Source: Candidatus Puniceispirillaceae bacterium (GTDB taxonomy: Bacteria > Pseudomonadota > Alphaproteobacteria > Puniceispirillales > Puniceispirillaceae). Taken from it: 64,000 nucleotides of DNA. The DNA lies in assembly GCA_965660165.1 (NCBI GenBank), contig CBFHYU010000004.1, forward strand, positions 16,931-80,930, written 5' to 3'. This document shows, piece after piece, positions 61,218 to 64,000 of the stretch (position 1 is the stretch's first letter; the number at the start of each line of letters is the position of its first letter). Position numbers and translations under genes: made by a program. The notes beneath the pieces were generated by a model. That model was given only the letters and a program-made list of their open reading frames with translations. It was not told the DNA's origin and made no database searches.

Positions 61218-62747
61218 TTATGATAATTTGTTAAGAAATTGCTTAGCGCTTTGTCTGATGTCTTCTTTTCGTTCATCCGCCATTTTATCCCATGTTCGGT
61301 ACATCATGCCCATTCTGGGATTGTGTCTTAATCTGTTACTATTTCTGTCTAAAAAATCCCAATAGAGATAGTTAAATGGACAGGCATCTTCGCCTGTTTT
61401 TTGTTTTACCTTATAGCGGCAAGACGCACAATAATCAGACATTCGGTCGATATAACTGCCGCCAGCCGCATAGGGTTTTGAGGCCATAATACCGCCATCT
61501 GCATATAGCACCATGCCACTTACATTTGGCAATTCAACCCATTCATAGGCATCTGCATAAACAATTAAAAACCATTCATTCACCTGCTCAGGGGAAAGGC
61601 CAGCCAGAAGCGCAAAATTGCCAATAACCATCAATCTTTGAATATGATGGGCGTAGGCATATTGTCTGGTCTGGCCTATGGACTGGCTAAGACAGAACAT
61701 ATCTGTTTCTCCCGTCCAGAAAAATTCAGGTAAGGGGCGTGTGGCATTTAGAACATTGAGGCTTTTATAGTCTGGCATATGATACCAATACAGCCCCCTT
61801 ACATATTCACGCCATCCCAAAATTTGCCTGATAAAGCCTTCAGTTGCATTTAATGGTGCGCCAGCCTCATAATAGGCGTGCTCTGCCTGTCTTACCGCTT
61901 CAAACGGGCTTAACAGTCCACAATTGAGATAAAAGCCAATATGAGCATGAAACATAAAAGGCTCATCTGTAAGCATGGCATCCTGAAACTGTCCAAAATT
62001 TACCAACCTTTCGGCAATAAAATGGTCTAATGCCTGACGCGCTTGCTCAGCGGTTACTGCCAGAAAAAAAGGCTCAATATCACCAAAATGATCAGCAAAC
62101 CTGTCTGATACAAGCGCTATTACCTCAGAGGTTATGTCATCAGGGGGAATCCGAAAGGGCTGTGGGATTGAAACCGTTTTATCAGGCGGCTTGCGATTAT
62201 CATGATCATAATTCCATTGACCACCTTCAGGATTATCACCTGCCATCAAAATAGAATGTGTTACCCGCATTGAGCGATAGAAATATTCCATTCTAAGCTG
62301 TTTGCGCCCATCCGCCCACTGCGCAAAATCGTCAATAGAGGCAAAGAACCTATCATCTTGCAAAGTGTGCACTGTACAGCCTAGTTGGGGCTGCCAGCTA
62401 TCAATCTGTTGCTGAACGCGATATTCCCCTGCCTGTGTGACAAGAATTTCATCAGCATTGCACGCCGCAATCGCGCGGGCTACTTCATCTGTAAAATTAT
62501 GCGTATTTTCGGGATCATCCAATGTGATATATCGAACATGCCAGCCTTGTTCTGCCAACTGTTTCGCAAAATGGCGCATTGCAGACAGCACAAGGACAAT
62601 CTTTTTTTTATGATGTTTTACATAACTTGTTTCATCTAATAATTCTGCCAAAAGCACGGTGCAATTTGATTTATCTGCCAGCTTCAGGCTGGAAATATCA
62701 AAGCTGAGCTGGTCTCCAAGAATTACACATAGCTGAGTTTTGGGCAT
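61218..62747 (-). CDS. Fe-S bacterial cryptochrome/photolyase (FeS-BCP; prokaryotic (6-4) photolyase / CryB type)
   Basis: 509 aa. Four Cys are spaced C-x87-C-x2-C-x12-C (MFC...DYCASCRYKVKQKTGEDAC), matching the [4Fe-4S] ligand spacing I recall for A. tumefaciens PhrB and R. sphaeroides CryB. YAHHIQRLMVIGNF is a photolyase-fold motif. Confidence 0.85.
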   Translation of the reverse strand: MPKTQLCVILGDQLSFDISSLKLADKSNCTVLLAELLDETSYVKHHKKKIVLVLSAMRHFAKQLAEQGWHVRYITLDDPENTHNFTDEVARAIAACNADEILVTQAGEYRVQQQIDSWQPQLGCTVHTLQDDRFFASIDDFAQWADGRKQLRMEYFYRSMRVTHSILMAGDNPEGGQWNYDHDNRKPPDKTVSIPQPFRIPPDDITSEVIALVSDRFADHFGDIEPFFLAVTAEQARQALDHFIAERLVNFGQFQDAMLTDEPFMFHAHIGFYLNCGLLSPFEAVRQAEHAYYEAGAPLNATEGFIRQILGWREYVRGLYWYHMPDYKSLNVLNATRPLPEFFWTGETDMFCLSQSIGQTRQYAYAHHIQRLMVIGNFALLAGLSPEQVNEWFLIVYADAYEWVELPNVSGMVLYADGGIMASKPYAAGGSYIDRMSDYCASCRYKVKQKTGEDACPFNYLYWDFLDRNSNRLRHNPRMGMMYRTWDKMADERKEDIRQSAKQFLNKLS

Positions 62748-62758
62748 AAGAATTTGCT

Positions 62759-64000
62759 TCAGGCAGTCTCAGAAATCTGTTTGAATCTATCTAGCGCTCT
62801 GAGGCGAGATGATTTCACATCTACCAGCGGATAGGGGTAATCTATACCAAGACGCAACTTAGCAGCTGACAGTATCTCTGTTGGCGCTTCAAAGGGATTA
62901 AATAAATATTTATCAGGCAGATGTGCCAATTCAGGTACAAATTTTCGGGTATAATGGCCGTTAGCATCGAATTTCTGGCCTTGTGTAATTGGATTAAACA
63001 CTCTGAAATAGGGTGCGGCATCTGCACCACATCCTGCTATCCATTGCCATCCTGCACGATTATTGGCAGGGTCAGCATCAAACAAGCAATCCCAAAACCA
63101 AGCTTCTCCTTTGCGCCAGTCAATCAACAGATTTTTGACTAAAAATGACCCTACAATCATACGTAATCGGTTATGCATATAGCCTGTTTGATATAATTCA
63201 CGCATGCCTGCATCAACTATGGGATAGCCAGTTTGTCCAGTTTGCCATGCCCGCAAATGCATCTCATTATCTTCCCACTCAAATGCTTCAAATTTACGTT
63301 GTAGCGGCGTATGTTTTAATTCTGGGAATTGTTCTAATAAGGAATATGAAAATTCACGCCAGCCTAGCTCTGATTTGAAAATATCTAAATTTCTATCTGA
63401 TGCATGTGTTGCCTCACTAGCCCGATACCATGCGGTATGCGCGGAAATTTGGCCAAAGCGCAAATAGGGCGATAGGCGTGATGTATTTTGTTTTGAAGGG
63501 AAGTTTCTGCCATCAGCATAATCTACCAACCCCTCATCCTGTGAGCTGATAAATGTCTCAAGCTGGGCATGTGCGCCATGTTCTGAAATATCCCATTGCT
63601 GATTAAGCTGTTTAGCCCAAGCCTTATCTGGCAACAGCCCTAATTCAGACAGGCTAGCCGAAGATTTAAGTTTTTGATGCACGCTAAATGCAGGGGGGGC
63701 AAGCGGCGCTCTTGGAGGTGACGCACCAAGACAGCCCCTACGATAAAAGGGGGTAAATACCCGATAGGGTGTGCCATCTGCCTTAGTCACCTCATCAGAC
63801 GACCATAGCAGGCTTGTATCAATCTGATGCAGGCTAATCTTATGGCTTGCCAAAAATACTGCCAGCGCATCATCTTTGATTTTTTGCTGTGGGGTATGGC
63901 TTGTGCTAAGCGTTATGTGCTGTGCGCCTGTTTGCTGGCAAATTTGAAGCAAAATCTCATCTAATGAGCCGCGAAAAAGATTTAAGCGACCCTCTAGCTG
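62759..64000 (-). CDS. phr: Class I CPD deoxyribodipyrimidine photolyase (or closely related Cry), N-terminus beyond the right edge
   Basis: TGYPIVDAGMRELYQTGYMHNRLRMIVGSFLVKNLLIDWRKGEAWF...NRAGWQWIAGCGADAAPYFRVFNP is nearly collinear with E. coli photolyase. The reading frame stays open upstream of the track Met at 63952, up to position 64000. Confidence 0.88.
   Translation of the reverse strand, partial: QLEGRLNLFRGSLDEILLQICQQTGAQHITLSTSHTPQQKIKDDALAVFLASHKISLHQIDTSLLWSSDEVTKADGTPYRVFTPFYRRGCLGASPPRAPLAPPAFSVHQKLKSSASLSELGLLPDKAWAKQLNQQWDISEHGAHAQLETFISSQDEGLVDYADGRNFPSKQNTSRLSPYLRFGQISAHTAWYRASEATHASDRNLDIFKSELGWREFSYSLLEQFPELKHTPLQRKFEAFEWEDNEMHLRAWQTGQTGYPIVDAGMRELYQTGYMHNRLRMIVGSFLVKNLLIDWRKGEAWFWDCLFDADPANNRAGWQWIAGCGADAAPYFRVFNPITQGQKFDANGHYTRKFVPELAHLPDKYLFNPFEAPTEILSAAKLRLGIDYPYPLVDVKSSRLRALDRFKQISETA

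Overview
The window is a gene-dense, almost entirely housekeeping stretch of a bacterial chromosome. Gene order suggests an alphaproteobacterium: hom-recJ-tRNA-Glu, trpE-ppiD / tpiA-secG-pyrG-kdsA-eno-ftsB-pdhA-pdhB-pdhC-lpd-lipA, ispDF / dusB-ntrB-ntrC-ntrY-ntrX-trkA-dat-hfq, and recG / sdhE-mfd. This taxon call is inference from synteny remembered for rhizobia and Rhodospirillales, not a search result. About 60 protein genes and 2 tRNAs are supported. I see no rRNA, CRISPR array, transposase, integrase, phage module, reverse transcriptase or recognisable defence genes, and I cannot honestly point to a clear new multi-gene system. The points that deviate from textbook expectation are listed here in rough order of interest. 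(1) The protein in the ntrC slot keeps its receiver domain and Fis-type HTH, but its Walker A, Walker B and GAFTGA motifs are all degenerate. The neighbouring NtrX also lacks GAFTGA. (2) A TauABC-type (sulfonate-type) ABC importer has a 642-aa permease carrying a roughly 440-aa N-terminal extension. It is flanked by a signal-peptide-less SBP-fold protein and by two 2-hydroxyacid-type dehydrogenases, one of the Ldh_2 family and one D-isomer-specific, rather than by known taurine catabolic genes. (3) A roughly 1-kb islet of small unannotated ORFs lies downstream of tRNA-Pro. It includes a 28-aa hydrophobic peptide ORF overlapped by an antisense ORF, and a perfect 12-bp hairpin. (4) hfq is followed by an overlapping inositol-monophosphatase-family gene instead of hflX. 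(5) There is a two-gene photolyase operon: a class I CPD type plus an Fe-S bacterial (6-4)-type with exact four-Cys spacing. All product calls rest on motif and family recognition from reading the translations. No BLAST or HMM search was possible. Several ORF-track starts were moved to internal ATGs that have Shine-Dalgarno sequences.
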